Position numbers and translations under genes: made by a program. DNA of 61,767 nucleotides, filler included, from Nemertoderma westbladi (lineage: Eukaryota; Animalia; Xenacoelomorpha): assembly GCA_032718475.1 (NCBI GenBank). It is 4 parts of 4 records of this genome, joined end to end, with 100 filler letters (N's around TTAATTAATTAA, not from the genome) between each part and the next. Parts side by side here need not be neighbours in the genome. Positions count along the whole stretch, not along the records: positions 1 to 30,698 come from JAUCBJ010002894.1; positions 30,799 to 45,353 come from JAUCBJ010001462.1; 2 more parts are not named here. One strand, 5' to 3'. The notes beneath the pieces were generated by a model that saw nothing but the letters and a program-made list of their open reading frames with translations, did no database searches and had not been told where the DNA came from. The stretch's first letter is position 1; each line of letters begins with the position of its first letter. Below are positions 26,210-39,500 of the stretch, in pieces.

Positions 26210-27099
26210 TTATTTAACAGAAATAGAGTAGCGGTACGGTACCTAAAGTGTCTACGTACTACTAGTACTAGAGTTGAGAGACAAACAAGCGTATTTATTA
26301 CAGTATTACTTACTACAGTACTACAGTACTAACCGGCTGACCGGTAACCTATTGTATATTCTAGAAGTGCGGTATTATTATGTAGGCCTATTACTGTATT
26401 ATTAGCAGCGCAGCTACTGAGCTAAGGTTTTCTTTCTATCCCAGACCCAGTCCTGCAGTCTGCCAATGCCAGTATTCGTTTCGTACGGTACGATAACGAC
26501 GGTACCTAGCCTATGTTGAATTTCTTCCTTCCTTTCTTGGGGATGTAGGGCAAGGCTGCAAGGGCAGGGCAGCAGGACCTCTGGACCTAGATAATAGATA
26601 CACCCAGAAAGGCCTAATCTGGACTGCTGGATGTATGGCCTAGTAATACTGTAATATAGTAATAGATACCGGTTGGTGTTTTGCCTGCTTATTACGAATA
26701 AGTGCTGTAGTCTGGCAGTGTGAGGTGAGGGTAGCGCAGCAGCGGTACCTCGGGACGGGACCGTGCGTAGGACTCCAGTGCGATTCGATGAGGGCTTTAC
26801 GGTACCGGTACAGCGGTACAGTAGGCCTACTTCATTCAGTAATTACCGTACCTCAGTGTTGTACAGGTTACCGGTACTGAAACAATAGTGATTAATTATG
26901 AATATAAATGCTTATATAGTTATAAATAAAATAATAATAATAACAGTTCAGTTTGTTGTGCATGTGCACTGCAGTAGGTTTTCTTAAGGGTAAAATCGGT
27001 TTCAGTACTCCCACTTGGCAATATTTTGAAGTACTAAACAGCTAAAACCCGTTGATTTTCTGATGTACCGGTACTGTACTGGTATATATATATATTATA

Positions 27100-29447
27100 T
27101 ACCAATTGAGGGAAAGGAGCAGGTTTTACAGAGGCAGGCTTTTCTAACCAAAACAATAAACGGCCACTTTACCAATTGAGGGAAAGGAACAGGTGACAGA
27201 GGCTGGTGGGCTTTTCTAAACAAAACAATAAACGATCGCTTTACAGCAACAAGGGGTGTAGTGAAACCGATATGAGCATTTTTTAACGTTTTTAACTGGA
27301 GTTTCAATGTAGTAAGTTCATGCGTTTACCAGTTACCGCTACGTCAGTACACAGTAGGTCTGTGTAAATTACATATTTAAAATATTGCAAAATACCAGTG
27401 GTTATAATACTGAATAGTGGAATACTGTAGTAATGAGTTATCTACCTACATTACAAAGTAGTCAGTAGCAAGTAGTGTGGTGTATGCATGGCATGTGTTG
27501 AAGGGGCATTATATTTTTACGAATTACCGGTACTCGGTACATCTACTTGTCTACTATATCTACTCGTGGGTGTGGCTCAGGTTCACCCTCCGATTTTAGG
27601 AGTTTAGTAAATTTGAACAAAATATGTAAATTGTTTACAGATACTTTTACAGTACTTATTACTTAGCTGCAATACGCTATACCAACTGCAGAACATTGCA
27701 AACATATAAATATGATGTAGATTGTAATTGTAAATCTGCTGGTCTATGATTGGTTTGCCTGATAAGTGATAATTATTCTCACCTACAAATTACATGACTG
27801 CATTGGCAAAGGAAGTTGACAGAATAGCTTTGAGCTGAGCCATTGTATTGGATGGCGGTTGGTGGTGATAGGTCCATCCAATAACATTTAGGCTTATCAT
27901 CAAGAATTTGACCTTTCCACAAAAATATAATAATGCTCCAACACATACTTAGTCAATAAATATGTGCGAAGGTAAATATGTAGCAATCACATACCAATGT
28001 TTAGTTATCCAACTCAATGTTCCCCCTATCGGATTTAATTGCATAATTGCAACCGAACCCAACTCCTATGTTTTCTTAACCTGTACATATTCACTCTAAA
28101 ATTATAATAAAAATTTAGTAATCTGAATTGCTGTATTGAATTTGTAGGTACACGAAACGTGACTGTACCTCGAAGAATCACGTATATTACAGTACAATAA
28201 TCCATTGGTGAGAGACGTGAGTGTGTCATAGTTGACAAGAGGAAACTTGACACAAATTCCATCTCGGCGAATTAATACAGTAGTACCTCCTCTTGTTGAA
28301 TTATTAATTAAGAGAAAGGAGCAGGTTTTCAGTAGCGCTACTCTAACCGAAACAATAAACAAGAAGTCAACAGAACATGTTTTACAGTTTTATTTTTGAG
28401 ACTAATTGGCTGTTATTTGTGTCTGCGTATTTGCGCTGATTTTGATTGCGTCGTAAAGTCCCCCCCCCCCCTCCCTCCCCCCAACCCCTATCGGACATCG
28501 TAGATAAGAAAATTAACATTTATTACGATTATCATAGTCAAAACGCGAACGTGGCTGTACACTACAGTAAGTTTCTCACAACTATGGTACATAGTAAAGC
28601 TATACAATTGAATATCTCCCTAATCCTAAAAAATTACCAATCTACCAAAACCTACATATTAATACTTGTAATTATAATTATTTGTAAGTTGGTTGAACTA
28701 ACAGTAGAATATTACCAGTACTAAGGTTTTATATGGATGGTCGGTCTATATTGCTGAAGATTAACACCAACTGCCTGCTTGCTTGCTGGCAACCAACTCC
28801 CCCCTAGCTACATAGTGGTTTATTATTAAATATATGACTGTATGTATACCCATAACAGTGTTGTGTGTCTTCAACCAATAAGTGGCATTGGCAATATGAA
28901 TCATTTTCTTACCTCCTTGATGGATAGTGTGCCTTCCAATATTTAATATAGATAGTGTGTTGTAAGGCTTGATATATTTCTATACTGGAATGAAACAACA
29001 ATTTATGTATTTATCTACCAGGCTGACTTCTAATCAATCAAAGCCTGTTTAATTTAATTATTGAATTAATTGCAAATCTTACCCACTCCATCTCTCATCA
29101 AACATTAACAAAACATCTTAGAGCCACTATGTAGGTTGATACGGTTGGGGGGGGGGGACTTTATATCCTTGGGGGACGTTTATTAAAATTGTCATGTAAC
29201 CCTAACGGTAAGCAGGAAAATTCGCCCGCGAGAAAGCTTCGCCCAATAATCAATTTTTGTTTTGGTTAGAAAAAGCCGTCTCTGTAACCTGCTCCTTTCC
29301 ATCAATTGGTAACAACATGGTTTATTGTTTTGGTTAGAAAAAGCCTTCTCTGTAACCTGCTCCTTTCCATCAATTGGTAACAACATCGTTTATTGTTTTG
29401 GTTAGAAAAAGCCGTCTCTGTAATTGCTCCTTTCCCTCAATTGGTAA
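27100..29447. repeat. Dispersed ~65-bp repeat: 2 copies at 27100-27240, 1 near 28305-28362, 3 inverted at 29255-29447
   Basis: ACCAATTGAGGGAAAGGAGCAGGT...CTTTTCTAACCAAAACAATAAAC and its reverse complement. Confidence 0.8.
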
Positions 29448-30698
29448 CTAAAATGTTTACTAACAGGAATCACTTTTGGTTTATTGGGCGACGGTTGTCC
29501 ACGAGCATATTGTGTCATAATCGAAGAAATTTAAGGGAATTTTGGGGATTATTAGTAAGTCACCGTTGATATATGGATGTCAGCAAACATATGATTAATT
29601 CACTATTTTCAAGAGTACCTACCATATTTCATCGCCTACTGTTTTAGTCAGTATTATTTCCATTTCATATATACGGTAAAGGGGGCGGGCCTATACTGGC
29701 CTACTGTTTGCCGATATTTGGGCACCCGCACCCTTGGTCCATAGTTGAATTTCTTTCAGTATTTTGATACACAGTAGGCCCACACACTGTGATCTCATGG
29801 CCCGGATCATTCACATATATATGGGGGTGGGGGGGGGGGGGGGGGGGGGGGGACTTTTAAATCATAAAAAAATCATTGGCAATAGACCAGCTACAAAATG
29901 TTAAATAGCTGTTACTTCTGATTAATTGTAATGCAAGAGATGCCAGCTTTCAACTTTCATGTAAAATAGAAAGAACACGAAGTGCGGCCTTCGCGCAGCA
30001 CGTGACATAAACTTATGTTAATTGTCAACTCGAAAGAATTATGAGCATAATCAAATTAAATGTCCCCAAATCACTTTACCACCTACAGTAGAGGCAGACT
30101 GGGGTTACTGCAGTCGATTTAAGACTCACAAAAGAAGTGCAATAGAATATGAGCCAGTCAATCAATCAGGAAGAGAGATTTCCTCGGGAGAGGGTTGAAT
30201 TTCTATTGCGACCATCCCCCCCCCCCCCCCCCCCCCCCCATCTGGAGGAATTACCGTCCCACAAAGACGATGGCTATGGAATGGATGGTGTACAAGGTAT
30301 ATCTGCCAAGTTTCAGCTTGATCGGAAAAACAATTTCGAACATTTTGCCCTCTAGCGACAATTGCAGACCGATTACCCACCCCGCACAACCACACCGGAT
30401 GTATTCTAGCACATATCTGCCAAGTTTCAGCTTGAAAAAGACATGTAAACCTCTAGCGGGAGTGTGTTGGTGAATCTATCTCTCTTTATTGAAAGTTTCA
30501 TGCGATATCATTAAGATTTGTGTGTGTGTGGGGGGGGGGGGGGGGGGGGGGCAGTTACGGTACCTTAATAACGACATTATATTCCAGGACATGGTGTATT
30601 TGGATAGCAAATAAATAATAGAATTAAAAAACAAATCGAGAAACACTACTGGCTAATAATTAATTTGTTTGAAAGTGCATCAGTAATTTTTATGAGCA

Positions 30699-30798
30699 NN
30701 NNNNNNNNNNNNNNNNNNNNNNNNNNNNNNNNNNNNNNNNNNTTAATTAATTAANNNNNNNNNNNNNNNNNNNNNNNNNNNNNNNNNNNNNNNNNNNN
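30699..30798. other. Assembly gap linker
   Basis: 100 bp of N with central TTAATTAATTAA (stops in six frames). Confidence 0.98.
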
Positions 30799-30822
30799 TA
30801 GTACAGCAGTATTGACAGCAGT

Positions 30823-33200
30823 ACCTAACTGGTACACTAACCTAGCTGAGCTCCTTCCATATACAACTGGTACACAAACTGGTACACTAACCTAGCTGAG
30901 CTCCTTCCATATACAACTGGTACACTAGCTGAGCTCCTTCCATATACAACTGGTACACTAACTGGTACACTAACCTAGCTGAGCTCCTTCCATATACAAC
31001 TGGTACACTAACCTAGCTGAGCTCCTTCCATATACAACTGGTACACTAACCTAGCTGAGCTCCTTCCATATACAACTGGTACACTAACCTAGCTGAGCTC
31101 CTTCCATATACAACTGGTACACAAACTGGTACAATAACCTAGCTGAGCTCCTTCCATATACAACTGGTACACAAACTGGTACACTAGCTGAGCTCCTTCC
31201 ATATACAAGTGGTACACTAACCTAGCTGAGCTCCTTCCATATACAACTGGTACACAAACTGGTACACTAGCTGAGCTCCTTCCATATACAAGTGGTACAC
31301 TAACCTAGCTGAGCTACTTCCATATACAACTGGTACACAACCTAGTACACTAACCTAGCTGAGCTCCTTCCATATACAACTGGTACACTAACTGGTACAA
31401 TAACCTAGCTGAGCTCCTTCAATATACAACTGGTACACTAACTGGTACACTAACCTAGCTGAGCTCCTTCCATATACAACTGGTACACTAACTGGAACAC
31501 TAACCTAGCTGAGCTCCTTCCATATACTACTGGTACACTAACTGGTACAATAACCTAGCTGAGCTCCTTCCATATACAACTGGTACACAAACTGGTACAC
31601 TAACCTAGCTGAGCTCCTTCCATATACAACTGGTACACAAACTGGTACACTAACCTAGCTGAGTCCTTCCATATACAACTGGTACAAAAACCTAGCTGAG
31701 TCCTTCCATAAACAACCGGTACACTAACTGGTACACTAACCTAGTTGAGCTGAGCTCCTACCCTATACAACTGGTACACTAACTGGTACACTAGCTGAGC
31801 TCCTTCCATATACAACTGGTACACTAACTGGTACACTAACCTAGCTGAGCTCCTTCCATATACAACTGGTACACAAACTGGTACAATAACCTAGCTTAGC
31901 TCATTCCATATACAACTGGTACACTAACTGGTACACTAACCTAGCTGAGCTCCTTCCATATACAACTGGCACACAAACTGGTACACTAACCTAGCTGAGC
32001 TCCTTCCATATACAACTGGTACACAAACTGGTACACTAACCTAGCTGAGTCCTTCCATATACAACTGGTACACAAACTGGTACACTAACCTAGCTGAGTC
32101 CTTCCATAAACAACCGGTACACTAACTGGTACACTAACCTAGTTGAGCTCCTTCCATATACAACTGGTACACTAACTGGTACACTCACCCAGCTGAGCTC
32201 CTACCCTATACAACTGATACACTAACTGGTACACTAGCTGAGCTCCTTCCATATACAACTGGTACACTAACTGGTACACTAACCTAGTTGAGCTGAGCTC
32301 CTACCATATACAACTGGTACACTAGCTGAGCTCCTACCATATACAACTGGTACACTAACTGGTACACTAACCTAGCTGAGCTCATTCCATATACAACTGA
32401 TACACTAACTGGTACACTAGCTGAGCTCCTTCCATATACAACTGGTACACTAACTGGTACACTAACCTAGTTGAGCTGAGCTCCTACCATATACAACTGG
32501 TACACTAGCTGAGCTCCTACCATATACAACTGGTACACTAACTGGTACACTAACCTAGCTGAGCTCATTCCATATACAACTGGTACACAACCTGGTACAC
32601 GAACCTAGCTGAGCTCCTTCCATATACAACTGGTACACTAACCTAGCTGAGCTCCTTCCATATACAACTGGTACACTAACTGGTACACTAACCTAGCTGA
32701 GCTCCTTCCATATACAACTGGTACACTAACCTAGCTGAGCTCCTTCCATATACAACTGGTACACTAACCTAGCTGAGCTCCTTCCATATACAACTGGTAC
32801 ACAAACTGGTACAATAACCTAGCTGAGCTCCTTCCATATACAACTGGTACACAAACTGGTACACTAGCTGAGCTCCTTCCATATACAAGTGGTACACTAA
32901 CCTAGCTGAGCTCCTTCCATATACAAGTGGTACACTAACCTAGCTGAGCTCCTTCCATATACAACTGGTACACAACCTGTTCCTAACCTAGCTGAGTTCC
33001 TTCCATATACAACTGGTACAAAAACCTAGCTGAGTCCTTCCATAAACAACCGGTACACTAACTGGTACACTCACCCAGCTGAGCTCCTTCCATATACAAC
33101 TGGTACATTAACTGGTACACTAACCTAGCTGAGCTCCTTCCATATACAACTGGTACACTAACTGGTACACTCACCCAGCAGAGCTCCTTCCATGTACCAC
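30823..33200. repeat. Minisatellite (~38-50-bp variable unit) derived from the SEL1 exon end plus donor site
   Basis: Minus-strand unit TTGTATATGGAAGGAGCTCAGCTAG|GTTAGTGTACCAG versus junction GTGGTACATGGAAGGAGCTCTGCTGG|GTGAGTGTACCAG. Confidence 0.95.
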
Positions 33201-33340
33201 TTGTACGCAGCGATATTGTCCCCTTGCCCGTGAGAGTCTGGATGTAGACCGGAGCCGAACAACCAACCGAGATTCTGACATGCATCTGAATTCCCTTTCT
33301 TAGCGGCTAAATGGAAAAAATAGTCGGCCGTAAATATCAT
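33175..33340 (-). CDS. Exon of a SEL1-like-repeat protein; 5' boundary uncertain (candidate exon starts at 33306 or 33445)
   Basis: ADYFFHLAAKKGNSDACQNLGWLFGSGLHP...DNIAAYKWYMEGALLG fits the SEL1 repeat pattern; ends at a GTGAGT donor. Confidence 0.72.
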
Positions 33341-33399
33341 GAATGGGAGAATCTCTTAGGCTTATTAAGCCAAAGAATACCTGTCCAGTGTCCACCACA

Positions 33400-34372
33400 A
33401 TATGGGTGATCTTCTACAGTAATCTAAACCCTTCCACTCTGTTTCCTAAAGGAATTCCTATTCACCACAATGGCGATCTTCCACAGCAAACCCTTCCACT
33501 CTATTTCCTAAAGGAATGCCTGTTCACCGCCATGGGTGATCTTCCACTCTAAACCCCTCCACCCTGTTTCCTATAGGAATGCCTGTTCACCACCATGGGT
33601 GATCTTCCACAGTAAACCCTTCCACTCTGTTTCCTATAGGAATGCCTGTTCACCACCAAGGGTGATCTTCCACAGTAAACCCTTCCACTCTGTTTCCTGA
33701 AGGAATGCCTGTTCTGCACCATGGGTGATCTTCCACAGTAAACCCTTCCAGTCTGTTTCCTAAAGGAATGCCTGTTCACCGCATGGGTGATCTTCCACAG
33801 TAAACCCTTTCACTCTATTTCCCAAAGGAATGCCTGTTCACCACCATGGATGATCTTCCAAAGTAAACCCTTCCACTCTGTTTCCTAAAGGAATGCCTGT
33901 TCACCACCATGGGTGATCTTCCACAGTAAACCCTTCCACTCTGTTTCCTAAAGGAATGCCTGTTCACCGCATGGGTGATCTTCCACAGTAAACCCTTTCA
34001 CTCTATTTCCCAAAGGAATGCCTGTTCACCACCATGGATGATCTTCCAAAGTAAACCCTTCCACTCTGTTTCCTAAAGGAATGCCTGTTCACCACCATGG
34101 CTGATCTTCCACAGTAAACCCTTCCATTCTGTTTCCTAAAGGAATGCCTGTTCACCACCATGGGTGTTCTTACACAGTAAACCCTTCCATTCTGTTTCCT
34201 AAAGGAATGCCTGTTCACCACCATGGGTGATCTTCCACAGTAAACCCTTCCATTCTGTTTCCTAAAGGAATGCCTGTTCACCACCATGGGTGATCTTACA
34301 CAGTAAACCCTTCCATTCTGTTTCCTAAAGGAATGCCTGTTCACCTCCATGGGTGATCTCCCATACAGTAAA
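33400..34372. repeat. ~63-bp minisatellite, about 15 copies, on the acceptor side of the SEL1 exon
   Basis: Minus-strand unit ...AACAGGCATTCCTTTAG|GAAACAGAGTGGAAGGGTTTACTGTGGAAGATCACCCATGGTGGTG; merges into unique sequence near 33445. Confidence 0.93.
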
Positions 34373-36545
34373 CACTAATAATAATAATGTATATTTATAC
34401 AGCGCTTAACTGTACCGTACTGTATGTACACTAAGTATAGATCTTATTTTACTACAATACATTATCAACAATTTCAGTAAAAACAATCTTAAAAACAGCT
34501 CGTCTATAAAACAATTCCCAAAGATACAAAAAGTTCGAGATGAAATAAAATCAGTATTATAATAAAATCAGTATTCCTGTATAAAAAGGTGAGTTTTTAG
34601 TCGGGATTTGAATAAAGTTAGTGTTCCGCCGTGGTGTACATCTCTGGTGAGGGAGTTCCAGTTCCAATAAACCTATGTTACGCGCTTTATCACTCACTAC
34701 CTTGTTAATAAGGCCTAAGTCATTACCGATTTGTACGCTTGGGGGGCGCTAGCTAATTACCAAAACGCCACTGCAGTTGAAGGATCTCAGTTTTATCAGC
34801 GTTCATTTTCAGTAAAATAATGGTCTTTCATCCATATTTCGATGACATGTACACAGCTTTCAGTTACCTCGACAGCCTTAGTGGATTCTAAGTTTAATTA
34901 GACCTTATCCACTCCCCCAATTTACCTATCTTGCGCTTCCCATTCATCAACCAGTCTAGGATACTAGCATGATGGATCGGGCTAGTTTACAGCATAAAGC
35001 AGTGTGCTCAAACAGTATGGCTATAGCGGCTGCTTAAGTTTATTGTTTTCTTGGATATTAAGTGTTGCAAAAGTGGAAAAAAAAGTTAGAATGTTAATTC
35101 CAGAAAACTACAGGACGCAGTACACAAACATTCAAATGGTTATAAGGTTTACAAATAACCGGTGGGGAGATTATTATTATTATTATTAATTAGATTAAAT
35201 TATATAAATTAGATTATATATATATAGATATAGAAATTAAAAGATATAAATTAATTAGATTAGATTATTATTAATAGGGGGTAAATTATTGTGGAGTGGG
35301 GAGGGGGGGGGGGGGGGGGAGAAGAGCTACTCCTTGTATTCCTTGTCCGGAAAAGAGCTACTCTTCAGACAATGATGTAAGTGTAGATTATATATTTTTT
35401 TTTGAGAAATATACACCCCCGTACGGGGTAAAATTAATATTTAATAACAAAAACTCCCAATTAATAATTGGTTTCCTCACTAAGTAAATAAAGTTTAACT
35501 TTTTACGTCTTTAAGTTCCAGTAATGCTGGTTTACTCGTGGTCCTTACATTTAGAATAGTCCCTTACGGGAAACGCACTTTTTCATTATCAGCACCGACA
35601 ATATGAAATGTCCTGCCTCATAAAACTCATAACCTGAAGTACAATAACTTCTGTAGAAAATATAAACTTAATCTTTTTAATAATATATTTACTTTAATAA
35701 TGTTTAATGTAATTACTTGAAATTTTAAAATTACGTCTGTGCTTTTAATTGATTGCGCTTGAACAAACTCTGATAAGGCGCCTTATAAATAATATACAAT
35801 AAATAAATTAACAAAAATAAATAAATTAATTAAAAATTAATTATAATTGAAATAAATATCATTTTGTCTATTATTAAGCTTACTCTCCACCCCAGGATCA
35901 AATTAGTCAGAATAAATGTTACATATTATGACAACCCATTAAATAATGAACTATGGGTTAATTATTAATCTCACTGGAAGGACAAAAATGAGAGTCAATG
36001 GCGCCTTGTGAGACAGACAACTTTGAACTAAAATTTTCGGTACTTAAATTGATATTTGAGCCATCTACAGTAGTTAACTATGGCTAATAGAGCTAAAAAT
36101 ACAACCACTGCCTGTCAGTAACTGCAGCAGCAACAACAACTCAATTATTATACGGTAGTTTCCAAAATCCGCACAAATGCACGGGAAATAAATTACATGT
36201 GCCATTTAATGGTTTTTATTACAATATATTTATGTTATATTAAATGTATAAATATTTGCAAATAACAAAAATAAAAATAGAATTGCCATGTTTTCACAAT
36301 AAAAACACACATATTTTGAAATATTTAATTATGCAAAATATTACCAGTAACACAAGAGCACAACAGTTCATGTACAATTAGCAGTAACTGAATCATTTTT
36401 AATGAGGAGTTTTAATATACTTCAACATTATATGATATGTAAACTATCTGAAACGGTAAGTCCCATCGACAAGGTATAAAACTAGTTTATCTTATTGCCC
36501 TGATCTTCAATGGATAAATTTATATTCAAAATAATTACCGTTTTG

Positions 36546-39500
36546 TTATGTCCCATTATAATTTTTAACTTCAGTACCTTTATCAACATTTTCAAGAAGG
36601 GAATTAACCTCATTGAGTTTACTTCGAAGAATTTGTTTCAGCAGTTGCCGTTTTCTAAGTTTGACCGCAATCATCTTGTCAACACTATCTATAGAGCCTC
36701 TGAGAATCACTTGAACGCACATTTTGAACAACTCAGTCACAGTATTTTCTGGAAAAACTATGTATAAGACAGATATGATTTCATCATCCTTAAATTTTCC
36801 ATATTGAATAAGGTTTGCCAGTAGTTTAAGTTCTTCCTTTAGGACCAAATTTATCTCATGGATATCACATTGACGTATTGTATCATTGAGAATGTGATCA
36901 ACAGTGCGATCCACATTCATCTGCGATATCATCTTGTACCAAGTCAACCTCTGCAGAATCATAAATTCACGAAGTTTCAGCACAGTGGTGTTGGCATTCT
37001 TATTAATCTGTTGTTGTTTTTGTTGAAACGTTGTTTGTAGTACATGTTCTTGAATTACTGGATTATCAATGGAATTACAGCGAACTTTTGCTGTCTTTTT
37101 TACTTTGTAAGGTTTAGAATTATTACCGATATCATTTATGTCTCTCATATGTGTATCGACTAAACTCACAACTTCATTTTGTAAACCATTATTTTCATTA
37201 ATTTCAGAAAGTAATTGGAGTCTCAGACTACTAATCCTAGAATGAGTTTCGTAGCAAACAGAGGTACTTCTTGCCTTTTTTAAAGTTACTAAAGAAACAC
37301 TAGTCCCCAAATCACATTCACTCCTTTTATGACCACTTCCGATTTGCTCAACAAGTTCTGATTCAATAATTTCTTCTTCTTCATCATTGAAATCTTTCCG
37401 CATTTTAAGCAGAGAAATCATTTCATTTGTGTGCTGGAGATGGATATTGTAATCAAATGGAGACTTATCACCTTTCAACCGAAGTTCATTTTCAATCTGT
37501 TGTCTTTGTAAAAGCTGCTTAGTTTGCAGTTTAGTTATACGTTTGCTCATCAGCTGTTTGGAGAATTCATACATTAGTATAGACCTTTTCATTGACTCTG
37601 TTGCAAGACCAAATTTCATTAAATGTAGACCTCCGCTGATATTGCTGTTCATAATTTCTGTAATATCATCAAGAGACATTTGGGATTGGGATAGAATTAG
37701 CTCCGATATAAGCGTAATGGAATGGTCTCTAGTGTTCTGGACATTTTGTATATCCCTGTTTAGCATTCTTGCCATATTTTGATTGTAACTTGAATGTTGT
37801 TTTTGAAATTTACTTGCTATGACTTCTTTATCCAGTTTATACTTATCCATAATTGAAGTTAACTCTTTGTCGTATTGTGAAACATTAGTATCAAATTCAA
37901 GTTTAGACATACCGTTATTAGTAGTCAGTAGAGATAATAACGAGGTCTGTGATGCCTTCAACTTTGTGTATATTTGCTTCACAAAACCTTCATATAACTT
38001 AATATATGCAGTGGTAGACTCTTTATCACTGTTGTTAACAATAGTTTCAATTTCTTCCCTTTGTCTTGTTAGCATATTTATATGCTTCTTGACATACTCA
38101 CCAACTTCTACTTGACTCGGGTCTATCCCAGATTGAAACTCCTTTATTTGTTTGTTGTGTTGAATAATTTTAACTTCAATCTGATTCCTCAATCTGTCTG
38201 TCTCATTTTTATTCAACTCCTCCTCCTTTTTAACTATTTCAACTTCGTATTCTTTCTTTAATGATGTGACATCTTCATTAACTTTTCGTTCGTAGAATAC
38301 AAAATCGTGATCTGCTAAACGTTTCTCACGTTTCATCAGATGCAGTGTACCCATCTGTTGCTGCACCATTTGGTTCAGTATGTTCCTATGATACTTAACA
38401 GCAACATTCTTCCTAAATAACAGATGTTTTCGGACATAATGCCGACCTTTTAATACATATTTTTCTCGTAAGATTTCATTTTGCAAACATACATCTATAA
38501 TGTTTACACAATTAACGTGTTCTTCCATAATCCAATTAGACAAACTACCATCATAGCTACCATTTTCTATTATGGTAATTATGAGTTTTTTGGATAAAAG
38601 CAATATTTGATTTTGCTGTTTTGTAATCAGCCTCTTTCTAATTTCCTCATGGCTATTTAGAACGTTCCAAATGAGTATTTGACTTCGTTCCTCCATTTTC
38701 CAGTCATGCTCATCATCCATTTTAGATAGGAGTTCTGTCTTCTGTGTTTGTGATACATGATGTAATTTCATAGATTCCTTTACAACACTGCGCTCTTTTT
38801 CAAACTCCAACCTGATCCGACCTAAACTACGTTCATTTATCCTAGCAAATTTTTCAACTTCTTTTTCAGATTCATCAGTTAACTCTTTTGCAATATTTTC
38901 CTTAATTCCTGCAACCTCTTTGTTAAATTTATCCAACGCATTTCCTATTTCAGAAGACTTGATATTAGCTCTGCTCTTAAACTGATTCACAATAATTGAA
39001 TGGCCTTTAACTAGCAACTCTACATACAAATTTTCCAAATCTTTGTCAATATTCTGGCAGATAAGGAACGTCATATTACTCAAAATTTTGTTGCGTTCCT
39101 GAACATTCTGTGATGCTAGAACTCTAACAAAACTTTCCTTGGCCGCAGCAATAAGATTAGCATTCCTAACTGTTTCCATTCTAAACATAAATACTTGTTT
39201 CCTATCACTAACTGCATCAGTAGCTCTCTGTCTAATACGTTTGATAGATTTCTCCTTTTTTACCTTCGATTTTATAGTTTGTTCTTCAATAATTTCCGTT
39301 GCGGGTTTCAAAATGTGTTTCTTATCTTCGTCCTGTTTTTTAACACATCCAAATACAATCCAAAACAATATTACAAGTAAGGCACCAATTAATAAACCAA
39401 GGAATAACCCTCCAAATAAATGAGCAAAATTGTGTACTTCCTCTTTTGGGAAAACATTTAACCTTTCAATGCAAAAAACAGTGTCGGTAAATGTGTAAGT

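Noticed and set aside
30743-30754. TTAATTAATTAA palindrome (also in the other two gaps)
   Set aside because: Artificial six-frame stop linker inside N runs.
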